Assembly (NCBI GenBank): GCA_009841165.1
Contig: VXMI01000066.1
Coordinates: forward strand, 3,388-67,387
Direction of reading: 5' to 3'
From: Gemmatimonadota bacterium
Lineage (GTDB): Bacteria; Gemmatimonadota; Gemmatimonadetes; Longimicrobiales; Gaopeijiaceae
DNA length: 64,000 bases
The notes under the pieces were generated by a model. That model was not told where the DNA came from. It worked only from the letters and a program-made list of their open reading frames with translations, and made no database searches. Within the stretch, counting starts at the first letter, position 1. Every line of letters begins with the position of its first letter. Both the position numbers and the translations under genes were made by a program. Positions 29,330 to 39,242 of this stretch are shown here, in pieces.

Positions 29330-30511
29330 ATGAGGGGCGGCGACCACCGTCTCGTCGTTCTCTTTTTCACCGTACTTCTCGACCTGGTGGGCTTCGGCAT
29401 CGTCCTGCCCCTGCTTCCGTTGTATGCGCGCGACTTCGGTGCGGACGGCCTCCTGACCGGGTTGCTGGTGAGCATCTACTCCCTCGTGCAACTCGTGATG
29501 GCTCCCGTCTGGGGGCGGATCTCGGACCGGATCGGGAGGCGTCCCGTACTGCTTCTCGGCCTGTTCGGCAGCGGGGTGGCGTACCTGGTCTTCGCCCGAG
29601 CGGACTCGCTGGCCATCCTCTTCCTCTCCCGCATCGTCGGCGGGATCGGCGGCTCCACGATCCCGGTTGCCCAGGCCTACATCGCCGACGTGACACCGCC
29701 TGAAAAGAGAGCGGGCAACATGGGCCTCATCGGCGCCGCCTTCGGTCTCGGCTTCGTCGTCGGTCCGTTCCTGGGAGGGATACTCTCGGGCCTGTCACCG
29801 GGGGCACCCACCGCTCCGGGCTACACCGCTGCCACCCTGTGCGCCGCCAACGCACTCGCCGCCATCCTCTTTCTGCCCGAGTCGCGCGAGCGCGGTGCCG
29901 CCGGGCGCACGTCGCGGTTCAACCTTCCCGCCTCCCTTGCCCTGGCCGTGTCCTCGCGGCAGATCCTGGTCACTCTCGCGGTCTATCTGCTGATCACGAT
30001 GGCCTTTTCCACACTGCAACCCACGCTGTCGCTGCTCGCGTCCGAGCGCTTCACGATGGGCACTCGAGAAGCAGGCTACCTCTTCGCCCTCCTGGGAGTG
30101 GTGTCGGCATTGGTTCAGGGAGGGCTTGTGCGCCGGGTGGTTCCACGGACCGGCGAGCGCAAGCTGCTGCTCATGAGCGCCTTCCCGTTCGCGTCGGGCC
30201 TGTTGGTGATGGGGGTGTCGGAGACTGTCCCCATGTTCCTTGCGGGACTCGTCCTCGTTGGTGTCGGGTACGGCGGGACGATTCCGAGCATATTGGGACT
30301 CCTTTCCCGGGCGGTTCAGCCGGAGAGACAGGGCGCCACGCTCGGTCTCGGTCAGAGCGTCGGTTCCCTGGCCCGCGTCGTGGGCCCGGCGATGGCGGGC
30401 GCTCTGTTCGACGTGCGGCTGGCGTTCCCCTATCTGGCCGGCGCCCTGCTCATCGTCGCCGGTACGCTGCTGGCAGGCAGGCTGGTGCAGCCGGGCCCGC
30501 AAACAGCGTGA
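29330..30511 (+). CDS. MFS transporter (drug:H+ antiporter / Tet-like)
   Basis: FFTVLLDLVGFGIVLPLLPLYARDFG...PVWGRISDRIGRRPVLLLGL is MFS motif A. There are about 12 TM segments. Start at the ATG at 29330, after the tatA stop. Confidence 0.85.
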   Translation: MRGGDHRLVVLFFTVLLDLVGFGIVLPLLPLYARDFGADGLLTGLLVSIYSLVQLVMAPVWGRISDRIGRRPVLLLGLFGSGVAYLVFARADSLAILFLSRIVGGIGGSTIPVAQAYIADVTPPEKRAGNMGLIGAAFGLGFVVGPFLGGILSGLSPGAPTAPGYTAATLCAANALAAILFLPESRERGAAGRTSRFNLPASLALAVSSRQILVTLAVYLLITMAFSTLQPTLSLLASERFTMGTREAGYLFALLGVVSALVQGGLVRRVVPRTGERKLLLMSAFPFASGLLVMGVSETVPMFLAGLVLVGVGYGGTIPSILGLLSRAVQPERQGATLGLGQSVGSLARVVGPAMAGALFDVRLAFPYLAGALLIVAGTLLAGRLVQPGPQTA

Positions 30512-31275
30512 GCCTCGCAATCGTCCTCCACGAGCCCCGCATGCTCGTGAACATCGCAGGTGTGGTGCGGGCCATGGCGAACATGGGACTGTCGCATCTG
30601 ACGATCGTGGACCCGGCCGAGTTCGACCCCCGGAGGATCACCGGGATCGCACACCGCACCGACCACATTGTGGACCGAATCACCCAGGCTGCGTCGCTCG
30701 ACGAGGCCCTCGCCGGCGCGACGTACGTGGTCGGCACCTCGGCACGGCCTCGCACGGCCCAGCGGAACTACCGGCGCCCTCGTGAACTGGCCACCCGGAT
30801 CCTGGAGCGCGCCCGGACCGGCAATGTCGCCATCGTCTTCGGCCGCGAGGACCGCGGCCTGTCGAACGAGGCCCTCGACCGCTGTCACGAGGTGCTGGTC
30901 ATCCCGACCCAGCCCGGCCATTCGTCTCTGAACCTCGCCCAGGCGGTGCTTCTGGTGAGCTACGAACTCCTGCTGGCAGGGTCGACGGCACCCGATTCGC
31001 TTCCCAGCGGGAAGCGGTCGCTCGGACCCGCCACCGGTGCCGAGCTGGAGGAGATGTACGCCGCACTGGAAGAGGGCCTCGCGCGGATCGAGTTCTTCAA
31101 GGCGCGCAAGCCCGAAAGCGTGATGCGAGTCCTTCGAACCGTCCTCGGCCGGACCGGTCTCGACGCGCACGAAGCGCGACTTCTGCGCTCAGTGGGATAC
31201 GAGGTGCGGAACTGGACCGACCGCCACCGGAATCAGCGCGGGGTGCCCGGCGGATCCGAGCCGGGCGACGACTAG
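30508..31275 (+). CDS. SpoU/TrmH-class RNA 2'-O-methyltransferase (TrmJ-like)
   Basis: (V)SLAIVLHEPRMLVNIAGVVRAMANMGLSHLTIVDP...VAIVFGREDRGLSNEALDRCHEVLVIPTQPGHSSLNLAQAVLLVSYEL. The GTG start overlaps the MFS stop (GTGA). Confidence 0.85.
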   Translation: MSLAIVLHEPRMLVNIAGVVRAMANMGLSHLTIVDPAEFDPRRITGIAHRTDHIVDRITQAASLDEALAGATYVVGTSARPRTAQRNYRRPRELATRILERARTGNVAIVFGREDRGLSNEALDRCHEVLVIPTQPGHSSLNLAQAVLLVSYELLLAGSTAPDSLPSGKRSLGPATGAELEEMYAALEEGLARIEFFKARKPESVMRVLRTVLGRTGLDAHEARLLRSVGYEVRNWTDRHRNQRGVPGGSEPGDD

Positions 31276-32570
31276 CCCTCGGCCTCCAGCGGCTCGGGGT
31301 CCTGCTGGGGCTGCCAGATCTGAATCGCCGGGAAGGTGGCCAGGAACCATCGCACCGAGGCGAGGAACAGGCCGAGGAAACCGAGTCCGATCAGGGGAGT
31401 TGCAGCCGAGAACACCGGGTCACCTTCATGGTGCAGCGAAGGGAAGATGAGCATGTAGTGCCACAGCCACAGCCCCACCAGCACCACGCCCGCGAAGGCC
31501 TGCAGAATCCGCGGCGTCTTCTTGGGACGTACGCCGAGGAGGCCGCCGAACGGCACCACGAAGCACAGCACGATCACGGCCGCCGAGAGTCCGCCCCACG
31601 GCTCGCTCACACGGATGTTCACCCACGCCTGCTCCCAGGGCAGCTTGCCGTACCAGATGACGATGTACTGCGACCAGAACAGGTAGGTCCAGAAGACGGT
31701 AAAGGCGAAGGTGAGCTTGCCGAGATCCCAGAGCACGGACGGTCGCACATGCTCCTTGAAGCCGGCATCACGCCGTGAGAGCGCCACCGCCGCGACCGCC
31801 GTGGCCGCGAATCCGCCCCAGAAGGCCCCCATGAAGAACCAGCCCCCGAAGAGCGTCGAGAACCAGTGGGGTTCCAGGGACATTGCCCAGTCGAAGGCAA
31901 GCATGGTCATGACCGCTGCATACACCAGGACCATGAGTGGGGCCAAGCGGGTCATCCGATGGTAGCTCCGGTCCTCCTCGGCTTCCTGTCCCACCCAGCT
32001 TCGGGTGAACCGCTCGTGCCACCAGCGACGGCTCTTTGCGGCCCGGTCGGCGGCCGTTCGCGGTCGTCCAACGAGTCCCAGGTCCGGACGAACGGCCAGG
32101 TAGACGAAACCGATCCCCAGCCCGAAGAGCGCCAGCACCCCGACCAGATTGCGGCTTACGAGGAACGGTACATTGAGCCAGGCTTCCTTCTTCTGCACGA
32201 TCGGGTCGTACGCCATCATCTCGATCCACGGGAAGTAGTCCTCCCGCAGGTTGAGCAGCATGGGCAGGAACAGCACGAACGCGATCGGCAGATAGGCCGC
32301 GAAGGACTGGTGAATCCGCCTCACGGGCCAGTTCCACCTGGCCTTCACGATCCAGGTCACCGCCGCTACCATCACCCCGCCCATGGCGATCGAGGTGAAG
32401 TAGTTCCAGTTGACGACGTACGACTTCCACGCCAGAGCGGAGTCCCTCGAAAGGGTGACGAAGAACGAGACCACGCCAACGAAGATCATGACCCGCAGGA
32501 TCAGCGCAGTCGTGCCGCCGCGTCCGAGGTAGCGGACCGGGATATCGCCGGGAATCGAATGGCCTGCCAT
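31272..32570 (-). CDS. actF: Alternative Complex III subunit ActF (NrfD-like membrane subunit)
   Basis: 432-aa polytopic protein, last gene of the act cluster. Its stop codon overlaps the trmJ-like stop within CTAG (31272-31275). Confidence 0.85.
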   Translation of the reverse strand: MAGHSIPGDIPVRYLGRGGTTALILRVMIFVGVVSFFVTLSRDSALAWKSYVVNWNYFTSIAMGGVMVAAVTWIVKARWNWPVRRIHQSFAAYLPIAFVLFLPMLLNLREDYFPWIEMMAYDPIVQKKEAWLNVPFLVSRNLVGVLALFGLGIGFVYLAVRPDLGLVGRPRTAADRAAKSRRWWHERFTRSWVGQEAEEDRSYHRMTRLAPLMVLVYAAVMTMLAFDWAMSLEPHWFSTLFGGWFFMGAFWGGFAATAVAAVALSRRDAGFKEHVRPSVLWDLGKLTFAFTVFWTYLFWSQYIVIWYGKLPWEQAWVNIRVSEPWGGLSAAVIVLCFVVPFGGLLGVRPKKTPRILQAFAGVVLVGLWLWHYMLIFPSLHHEGDPVFSAATPLIGLGFLGLFLASVRWFLATFPAIQIWQPQQDPEPLEAEG

Positions 32571-32573
32571 CGG

Positions 32574-33200
32574 TCAGTTCCCGGCCTCTTCCGCGCCCGC
32601 TCCCATGCCCTGCAGCTGGCGCACATAGTTCACGACGTGCCACCGGTCATAGTGGCTGATCTGGTGCCCATAGGCCGGCATCAGAACCCGGCCGATCCTG
32701 ATCATCCCGTAGATGTAGCCGTCACTCCGCCCCATCGCCGATTCTCCGGTAAGCGGATAGGTGGCCAATATCGGGAACAGCTCGGTGATGTATCCGGTGG
32801 TGCCGGCCCCGTCCGGTCCGTGGCAGACGATGCACACACGCTCGTACAACTGCTCGCCCCTCGCGAGGGACTCCGGCGTCGGGGGAACCGGGTTGGTGAG
32901 GGAATCCACCACCTCCGGACGGTTTGCCATGTCGTCCTCGGTGAACGGAGGCGGCACGTCGGCGCTGCCTTCGGGCTGGCCCACGTTCAGGTCGAAGTGC
33001 CCCGCGGGGTAGTTGCCCGCTGACAGCGGTACCGTGCCCTCCGGCGGGAGCAGGGTCATCTCGTACGGGTCGAAGGAGGGCTGGTCCCGCATGCTCCTCC
33101 CGAAGATGGCCGCCATGGCGTCGTCCAGCGGCGTGCAGGCGCCGGACGCCAGCGCCAGGAGCGCCACGGTGCAGATCAGGCGGCCACGCGCGCTAGACAT
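32574..33200 (-). CDS. actE: Alternative Complex III subunit ActE (monoheme cytochrome c lipoprotein)
   Basis: The signal plus Cys is LLALASGAC. There is a single CIVCH heme motif. Confidence 0.85.
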   Translation of the reverse strand: MSSARGRLICTVALLALASGACTPLDDAMAAIFGRSMRDQPSFDPYEMTLLPPEGTVPLSAGNYPAGHFDLNVGQPEGSADVPPPFTEDDMANRPEVVDSLTNPVPPTPESLARGEQLYERVCIVCHGPDGAGTTGYITELFPILATYPLTGESAMGRSDGYIYGMIRIGRVLMPAYGHQISHYDRWHVVNYVRQLQGMGAGAEEAGN

Positions 33201-33738
33201 CGAAGCCCTCCGGGTCTTCCCGCAGTTCGGCGGGATCGAATCCGCTCAGGATCCTCTTCACGGCTTCGGCCTGGGCAGGGGGCGCGGTAATGTACACCCC
33301 GAACGATCCGTTCGAACACTCTGGGTGATACGCCACCATCCGCCTGAGATTGGGCAAGCCCGCGTTGATGAAGAGCCCGATCACCGTCGACAGCGCCCCG
33401 AAAAGAATCGCCAGCTCGAAGGCGATGACGACGTAGGCGGGAATCGAGAAGACCGGCTTGCCGCCTGTAACCAGCGGCCAGTCCATCGACGTCCACGTCG
33501 TAAACGCGAACCCCGTGGCGGCGCCGGTCATCGCACCGGCCAGGGTGAACACCCGAACCGGGCTGTGCTTGAGCGCCAGGCCTTCTTCCAGGAGGTGATG
33601 TTCCGGCAAGGGAGCGTATGCCCTGAATCCCTTGTGCCCCGCGGCCCGCAACGCCTTGCAGGCCCCGATCGTCGAATCGAGGTGCTCGAAGAGAGCGAAA
33701 AAGCCCCTGTGGCCCTGGCGACGCCTTGGCATGATCAT
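33193..33738 (-). CDS. actD: Alternative Complex III subunit ActD (membrane protein)
   Basis: MIMPRRRQGHRGFFALFEHLDSTIGACKALRAAGHKGFRAYAPLP..., then two TM segments. The ATG overlaps the actC stop (ATGA). Confidence 0.85.
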   Translation of the reverse strand: MIMPRRRQGHRGFFALFEHLDSTIGACKALRAAGHKGFRAYAPLPEHHLLEEGLALKHSPVRVFTLAGAMTGAATGFAFTTWTSMDWPLVTGGKPVFSIPAYVVIAFELAILFGALSTVIGLFINAGLPNLRRMVAYHPECSNGSFGVYITAPPAQAEAVKRILSGFDPAELREDPEGFDV

Positions 33739-35105
33739 GTCGCAGCCTCCTTCCGGCTGCTCATGGGCGGCGGCACGACCTCCTTCATTTCCGCGATCGC
33801 CACCGGCGGCAACAGTCGGGTGAAGAGCAGGAACCAGAACCCGAACCACGCGAAGCTGCCCAGGAGGATGCCCATCTCGACATAGGAGGGACGGTAGAGT
33901 CCCCACGCCCATGGTTCATACTCGTGGGACAGCGAGGTCACGATGATGACGTAGCGCTCGAACCACATCCCGATGTTGATGAAGATCGAGATCACGAACA
34001 GGGCCGAAATCGACCTTCGCACCCGTTTGAACCAGAGCATGAGCGGAACCAGACCGTTGCAGGTCAACATGATCCAGTTCGCCCACCAGTAGTGACCGAA
34101 GACCCGGTTCCAGAACGACCCCCGCTCGGGTGGCTCACCCGAATACCAGGCCAGGAAATACTCGGTCATATAGGCGTAGAGGACGATGCTGCTGGTGAGC
34201 AGGCACAGCTTCGCCATAGCCTCGAAGTGCTTGACGGTAAGGTAGTCCTCGAGCCCGAAGTACTTCCTCATTGGCACGGCCAGCGTGATCACCAGCGCCA
34301 CGCCCGAGAAGATCGCCCCGGCAACGAAGTAGGGAGCGAAGATCGTGGTGTGCCACCCCGGTACGATCGCCATGGCGAAGTCCCATGACACGACGGAGTG
34401 CACCGAGAGTACGAGCGGCGTCGCCAGCGCGGCGAGATAGATATACGCCTTCGAGAAGTGGTGCCACTCGCGGTCGGTTCCTCGCCACCCCAGCGAGATG
34501 ATCTGGTAGAACTTCTTGCGCAGCCCCCGGGCCTGGTCACGCGCCGCCGCGAGGTCGGGGATCGTCCCCAGGTAGAAGAAGACCGCCGACACGGTAAAGT
34601 AGGTCGTGATCGCAAACACGTCCCACACGAGCGGCGACCGGAAATTCGGCCACAGGAATCGCGAGTTGGGGTATGGGATCAGCCAGTAGGCGTGCCACAC
34701 CCGTCCCACGTGGATGAGCGGGAACAGGCCGGCCGTCATGACGGCAAAGACCGTCATCGCCTCCGATGCGCGGTAGATCGCCTGACGCCAGGGCGCACGG
34801 AACAGGAAGAGGATGGCTGAAATCAGCGTGCCCGAGTGGGCGATGCCGACCCAGAACACGAATGTGGTGATATACACGCCCCATCCAACGGGAGCATTCA
34901 GCCCGGAGACGCCGATGCCCTGGTAGATCTGGTAGAACCACGATCCCAGGAAGACCGCGACACCCGCGGCGGCCATGCCGAAGAGCACCCACCACCCCTT
35001 GCCGGGGCGGGACAGAACCTTGAGGACATCGCGATTGACGGCCTCGTACGTCGCTACATCGGGGTTGGGGAGCGCCCCGCGCTGTCTGGCGTCTGCCGTT
35101 GCCAT
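33735..35105 (-). CDS. actC: Alternative Complex III subunit ActC (NrfD/PsrC-type quinol-interacting membrane subunit)
   Basis: 456-aa polytopic protein: ...VSGLNAPVGWGVYITTFVFWVGIAHSGTLISAILFL... Confidence 0.9.
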   Translation of the reverse strand: MATADARQRGALPNPDVATYEAVNRDVLKVLSRPGKGWWVLFGMAAAGVAVFLGSWFYQIYQGIGVSGLNAPVGWGVYITTFVFWVGIAHSGTLISAILFLFRAPWRQAIYRASEAMTVFAVMTAGLFPLIHVGRVWHAYWLIPYPNSRFLWPNFRSPLVWDVFAITTYFTVSAVFFYLGTIPDLAAARDQARGLRKKFYQIISLGWRGTDREWHHFSKAYIYLAALATPLVLSVHSVVSWDFAMAIVPGWHTTIFAPYFVAGAIFSGVALVITLAVPMRKYFGLEDYLTVKHFEAMAKLCLLTSSIVLYAYMTEYFLAWYSGEPPERGSFWNRVFGHYWWANWIMLTCNGLVPLMLWFKRVRRSISALFVISIFINIGMWFERYVIIVTSLSHEYEPWAWGLYRPSYVEMGILLGSFAWFGFWFLLFTRLLPPVAIAEMKEVVPPPMSSRKEAAT

Positions 35106-35108
35106 GCG

Positions 35109-38100
35109 CTAGTGCCCGGCCTCTTCCACGTCGTGCAAGGTGACCTTCTGGAGGTAGTGGACGGCCGGCTGTGTGTTGATCAGTGCGTCGAGGACACGGT
35201 ATGTGCGCTCGTTCTCGGCCAGGGCGGCCACCCGCGAATCCTCGTCCTTGATGTTCCCGAAGGTGATGACGTCGCTCGGACAGACGCTCTGGCACGCCGT
35301 GTAGACCTCTCCGTCGCGCACTTCGCGCCCTTCCACCGCCGCCCGGTTCCCCACCTCTCTGATTCGCTGCACACAGAAGGTGCACTTTTCCATGACGCCG
35401 TTGTCCCGGACAGTGACGTCGGGATTGAACTGCCAGTTCATCGGCTCGGGAATCTGCTGTGTGTATCGGTACCAGTTGAACACACGGACCTTGTAGGGAC
35501 AGTTGTTCGCACAGTAGCGCGTTCCGACGCAGCGGTTGTACGCCTGCGCATTCAGCCCGTCCGGCGTGTGGTAGGCCGCGAACACGGGGCAGACCGGCTC
35601 GCACGGCGCGTTGTTGCAATGCTGGCAGAGCATCGGCAGGAAGCGGATGTCCACCGGCCCCGAGTGCGAAGCGTCCACGGTCTCGTAGTACCGTTCGATG
35701 CGCAGCCAGTGCATCTCCCGCCCCATCGTGGCCTGTACCTCGCCGACCCAGGGAATGTTGTTCTCGGCCTGACAGGCCGTGACGCAGGCACCGCACCCCG
35801 TACACTTGTCGAGGTCCATCGCCATCGCCCACCTCGGATGGTCCTCGCCGTAGTATCCGAAGTCGGAACCCGGAAGCGGGAAGTCCTGGGCGCGGCCCTC
35901 GGTCTCCACCGTGCGGAACCCGCCTCCTTCCTGGAGCTCCCGGAGTTGGCCGTGACCCCCTTCTGCAGCGTGATCCGCTTCGTCGGAGGCGTGTCCGAGC
36001 GCCGAAAGCGCCACCGCCGGGGTGACGTTGCGGTCGTCCTGGTCGCTGGAACCCTCGGGAGAGGTCAGCCAGCGCCACGCCCCGGTGGGGGTGACCGTTG
36101 CCCGCGTCGACACGAGCGCCAGTGCCCCGGAACCCGCGTCGGTCGCGGCGCCCAGAAGCGTCATCGGATTGACGCCGTTTCCGTCGGCGAACTGACCGTA
36201 GTTCGTGTGGCCGCCGCCCATCGCGACTGCCACCGCGTCCTCACGTAGGCCGGGGTAGGGCCAGACCGGCACCTCGACGGCTCCCTCGGCGGTGGCCACG
36301 CTCACGACATCGCCCTCGCGGAGCCCCAGCCGCTCCAGGGTTGCAGGATTCACCTCCACCCAGGAATGCCACATCACCTTCGAGACCGGATCCGGCAACT
36401 CCAGCAGCCACGGGCGGTTGGCGTGGCTCCCGTCGCCGAAGCGAGGCGAGGGGTACACCAGCAGCGTCAGCTCGCCATCGCCGTCCAACCCGGGCGCGTC
36501 GAAGCGAACCGCGGTCTCGGGGGCCTGCAGTCCGGCTACCTGAGGCGTCTGATCGCTGTAGGACACCGAACCCGTGCGAAGCGCCGTTCGCCACAGCGCA
36601 TTCGGATCGCCGGTGAGGCCAGCTGCTTCGCCGTTTTCGCCCAGCCAGCCGTCAAACGCGGCGCGCAGGTATTCGTGGAAGGTTGCCGCGCCAGCGTCGT
36701 GGCCCAGCCGGCGCCCCACGTCCAGGAGCACGTCGGCCATAGGCCGGGAATCGAACATGGGAAGGGGACGCATGGCCGGTTGCCGAACGGCATAGGTTCC
36801 CGGTCCCGGCATGGCGTCTCCCCACGACTCCAGGGGGTGCGTGTCGGGGAGAACGAGGTCGGCGAGGGCCGCGGTCTCGTCCAGCGTCGTCGCAAACGCG
36901 ACCTTGAACGGAACCCGCGAAAACGCGTCCTGAAAACCGGATGCGGGCGGCAGGGTGTAGGCGGGATTGGTCCCGGACACGACAGCCACGCCGTAGGTGC
37001 CCGCGCCCATGTTTGCGATCGTGCCGGCCAGGGAAGCGTCGCCAGGGGCGCCGACTTCGGCAGCGGAGTCGATGTGGAGCGTTTGGCCGAGGCTGTTCGC
37101 GGCCACGTTCAGGATCAGAACCGCCAGGTTCGCCGCGGTAGCCCCCTCGTGATGACCCGCCAAGCCAGGCCCGAGTGCAAGCACGGCGCCCTCTGCGAAC
37201 TGATCCGCCAGTTCGTTCAGGGCGTCGACCTCGACACCTGCAACCTGGGCGGCCTGCTCCAGCGTGTACCCGGAGACCATGTCCGTGTAAGGTCCGGCGT
37301 CGCTCCCGCGTCGCACCAGCTCTCCGGCGAGTGCCAGGGCGATCTCGGCTTCGGCGCCGGACCGTGCCGGGATCCATTCGTCTGCGTTCTGCCCGGTCAG
37401 CGAAAGCCGGGGACCGACGAACACGAACTTGCCCTTGACGCCGTCGTCCACGCCGTGCATCCGGGCGAAGTCGGCAGCGAACTTCACCGGTGACAGCCAC
37501 GTCTCCAGGAAGTCGGCGCCGAAGGAGACCAGCAGGCGGGCGGCCGCAATGTCGTATCGGGGCAACGTGTTCACGCCGAAAGCGATGTTGACCGCAGCGC
37601 GGAGCGGAGCATCGTCGAGCGGGTCGTGGACTACATGTTCCCCGTTCAGGGCGGCCAGGAAGCCATCCAGCAGCGCTCCCTCGGTCGGCCCCTTCCGTCC
37701 GGTCAGGAAGAGCGGCCGGCCGCCAGCGCCCAACCGCTCGGTCAGCATCCCGATCGCCTCGTCCCAACTGATCGCTTCGAATCCGCTGGCCCCGGCCCGC
37801 AATGGGCTGGCGAGGCGATCCGGATTGTAGAGCCCCTGCAGCGCCGACACGCCACGCGAGCACAGACCGCCGCCCGAAACCGGATGATCCGGGTTGCCCT
37901 CGATCATGACCGCGCGACCCTCGCGGGTCCGGACGCGGATGCCACATCCGCTGGAGCACTCGCCACAGGTGGACGCATACCAGGTCGCGACTCCCGGGGT
38001 GATCTCTTCGGGAGGAACCACATACGGGATCAGGCGCTCGATCTCGCCGGTGGAACATCCGGCAACGGTCGCCCCCGCACTGCCCGCGCCGAGGACCTTC

Positions 38101-38132
38101 AGGAAATCCCTTCGCCTGAGACCGTCGCTCAT
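35109..38132 (-). CDS. actB: Alternative Complex III subunit ActB (fused molybdopterin-oxidoreductase-like plus 4Fe-4S ferredoxin domains, Tat signal)
   Basis: The Tat signal is MSDGLRRRDFLKVLGAGSAGATVAGC. The first cluster motif is CGECSSGCGIRV. C-terminal Fe-S motifs are CTGCGACVTACQAENN, CQHCNNAPCEPVCP, CVGTRYCANNCPY and CTFCVQR. The longest ORF begins at the TTG at 38147. Confidence 0.9.
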   Translation of the reverse strand: MSDGLRRRDFLKVLGAGSAGATVAGCSTGEIERLIPYVVPPEEITPGVATWYASTCGECSSGCGIRVRTREGRAVMIEGNPDHPVSGGGLCSRGVSALQGLYNPDRLASPLRAGASGFEAISWDEAIGMLTERLGAGGRPLFLTGRKGPTEGALLDGFLAALNGEHVVHDPLDDAPLRAAVNIAFGVNTLPRYDIAAARLLVSFGADFLETWLSPVKFAADFARMHGVDDGVKGKFVFVGPRLSLTGQNADEWIPARSGAEAEIALALAGELVRRGSDAGPYTDMVSGYTLEQAAQVAGVEVDALNELADQFAEGAVLALGPGLAGHHEGATAANLAVLILNVAANSLGQTLHIDSAAEVGAPGDASLAGTIANMGAGTYGVAVVSGTNPAYTLPPASGFQDAFSRVPFKVAFATTLDETAALADLVLPDTHPLESWGDAMPGPGTYAVRQPAMRPLPMFDSRPMADVLLDVGRRLGHDAGAATFHEYLRAAFDGWLGENGEAAGLTGDPNALWRTALRTGSVSYSDQTPQVAGLQAPETAVRFDAPGLDGDGELTLLVYPSPRFGDGSHANRPWLLELPDPVSKVMWHSWVEVNPATLERLGLREGDVVSVATAEGAVEVPVWPYPGLREDAVAVAMGGGHTNYGQFADGNGVNPMTLLGAATDAGSGALALVSTRATVTPTGAWRWLTSPEGSSDQDDRNVTPAVALSALGHASDEADHAAEGGHGQLRELQEGGGFRTVETEGRAQDFPLPGSDFGYYGEDHPRWAMAMDLDKCTGCGACVTACQAENNIPWVGEVQATMGREMHWLRIERYYETVDASHSGPVDIRFLPMLCQHCNNAPCEPVCPVFAAYHTPDGLNAQAYNRCVGTRYCANNCPYKVRVFNWYRYTQQIPEPMNWQFNPDVTVRDNGVMEKCTFCVQRIREVGNRAAVEGREVRDGEVYTACQSVCPSDVITFGNIKDEDSRVAALAENERTYRVLDALINTQPAVHYLQKVTLHDVEEAGH

Positions 38133-38151
38133 GAGCGCACCGACCAAAGTC

Positions 38152-38709
38152 CTAGTAGTGACATACCGTGCAATCGCGGGACGCCCCGCGCTCGAGGTGA
38201 CAGGAAACGCACCAACCCATCTTGAGATTTCCTGCGGCCGGATCCATCTCGGTCAGCACTCCCATCTCCTGAACCTCGCCGTGACAGGTCTGACACTCGA
38301 CGCCGGCGGCGACATGGCGGAAGTGCGGGAAGTTGACGTGGTCGGAGACCTTGTAGATCCGGCGCCAGGGAATCGGCGTCCCGGAGTCGTGGTACTCGCG
38401 CACCTTCAGCACTTCTTCGGGGTTGTTCCTGCCGCTGATGGCTCCCTCGCGGTGACACCCGATGCAGGTCGCCACAGGCGGAATACCGGCATCGACGGAC
38501 CGCTCCGCGGAAAAGTGGCAGTACTGGCAATCGATCAGCCACTGTCCGGCGTGCGTGTCGTGGGGGAACTGGATGGGCTGCGACAATTCCCCCTGCTCGG
38601 CCATCCCGGTATCGCCTTCGTCTTCGGGAGCCTGTCGGCTACCGATCAACGCGACTGCCAACAGGATCGGGGCCAGGCAAGCCCCGGCCACCAGCCACAA
38701 CCGTTTCAT
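38152..38709 (-). CDS. actA: Alternative Complex III subunit ActA (pentaheme cytochrome c)
   Basis: Five CxxCH motifs: CQYCH, CIGCH, CQTCH, CVSCH, CTVCH. N-terminal TM/signal anchor. Confidence 0.9.
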   Translation of the reverse strand: MKRLWLVAGACLAPILLAVALIGSRQAPEDEGDTGMAEQGELSQPIQFPHDTHAGQWLIDCQYCHFSAERSVDAGIPPVATCIGCHREGAISGRNNPEEVLKVREYHDSGTPIPWRRIYKVSDHVNFPHFRHVAAGVECQTCHGEVQEMGVLTEMDPAAGNLKMGWCVSCHLERGASRDCTVCHY

Positions 38710-38792
38710 ATGGGGGTAGGCATCGAGGTCCGTTGCCGGACCTGGTTACTGGGTTGGTAAGGGTCGACCGAACGGCGGCAAAACGCCGACGC

Positions 38793-38821
38793 AAGGTAGG
38801 TGAGGCACCCGGTGATGTCAA
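38793..38821 (-). promoter_or_regulatory. Candidate promoter for actABCDEF (TTGACA-N17-TACCTT)
   Basis: The minus strand reads CGTTGACATCACCGGGTGCCTCACCTACCTTGCG. The leader of about 77 nt contains a perfect 7-bp hairpin, AGGTCCG-TTGC-CGGACCT, at 38726-38743. Confidence 0.35.
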
Positions 38822-38918
38822 CGAGCCCGAGTGCGTCCACATGAGGTCACGGACGGCCGGTCCATGACCCGGTCCGCCGGGGTGCGCCGGCCATGCCGGT
38901 ACGCTAGACTAGAACGCC

Positions 38919-39242
38919 ATGGAGTCGAAGCGTACCCCCCCTGCCAGCTCCGCCGGCGCGAGTTCGCCCGACCCGGGCGGCGGCGACGCCCCGGGCGTGC
39001 ACCTGACGACCTTCACTCACGAAGGCAGGTTCTGGGACGTGTTCCTGAAGGTTGTCGAAGACCCGGCAGACCCGGATTCCTGCAGGGCCCGGCTCCGTTT
39101 TCTGCCGGCCGACCGAGGCGACCACGAAGAACCCGTTGAAACGGCGGTCGTCATCATCGAGCCCAGCTACGCGGAAGCGCTGGAAGTCGCCCGTGGGTAC
39201 GACCGCTATCATTTGTCGGCGATGCTCCGTTCCGTCACTTGA
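38919..39242 (+). CDS. Hypothetical protein (107 aa)
   Basis: High GC3 and a coding-like composition. The stop overlaps the start of the downstream amidotransferase (TTGA at 39239-39242). I recognise no family. Confidence 0.5.
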   Translation: MESKRTPPASSAGASSPDPGGGDAPGVHLTTFTHEGRFWDVFLKVVEDPADPDSCRARLRFLPADRGDHEEPVETAVVIIEPSYAEALEVARGYDRYHLSAMLRSVT

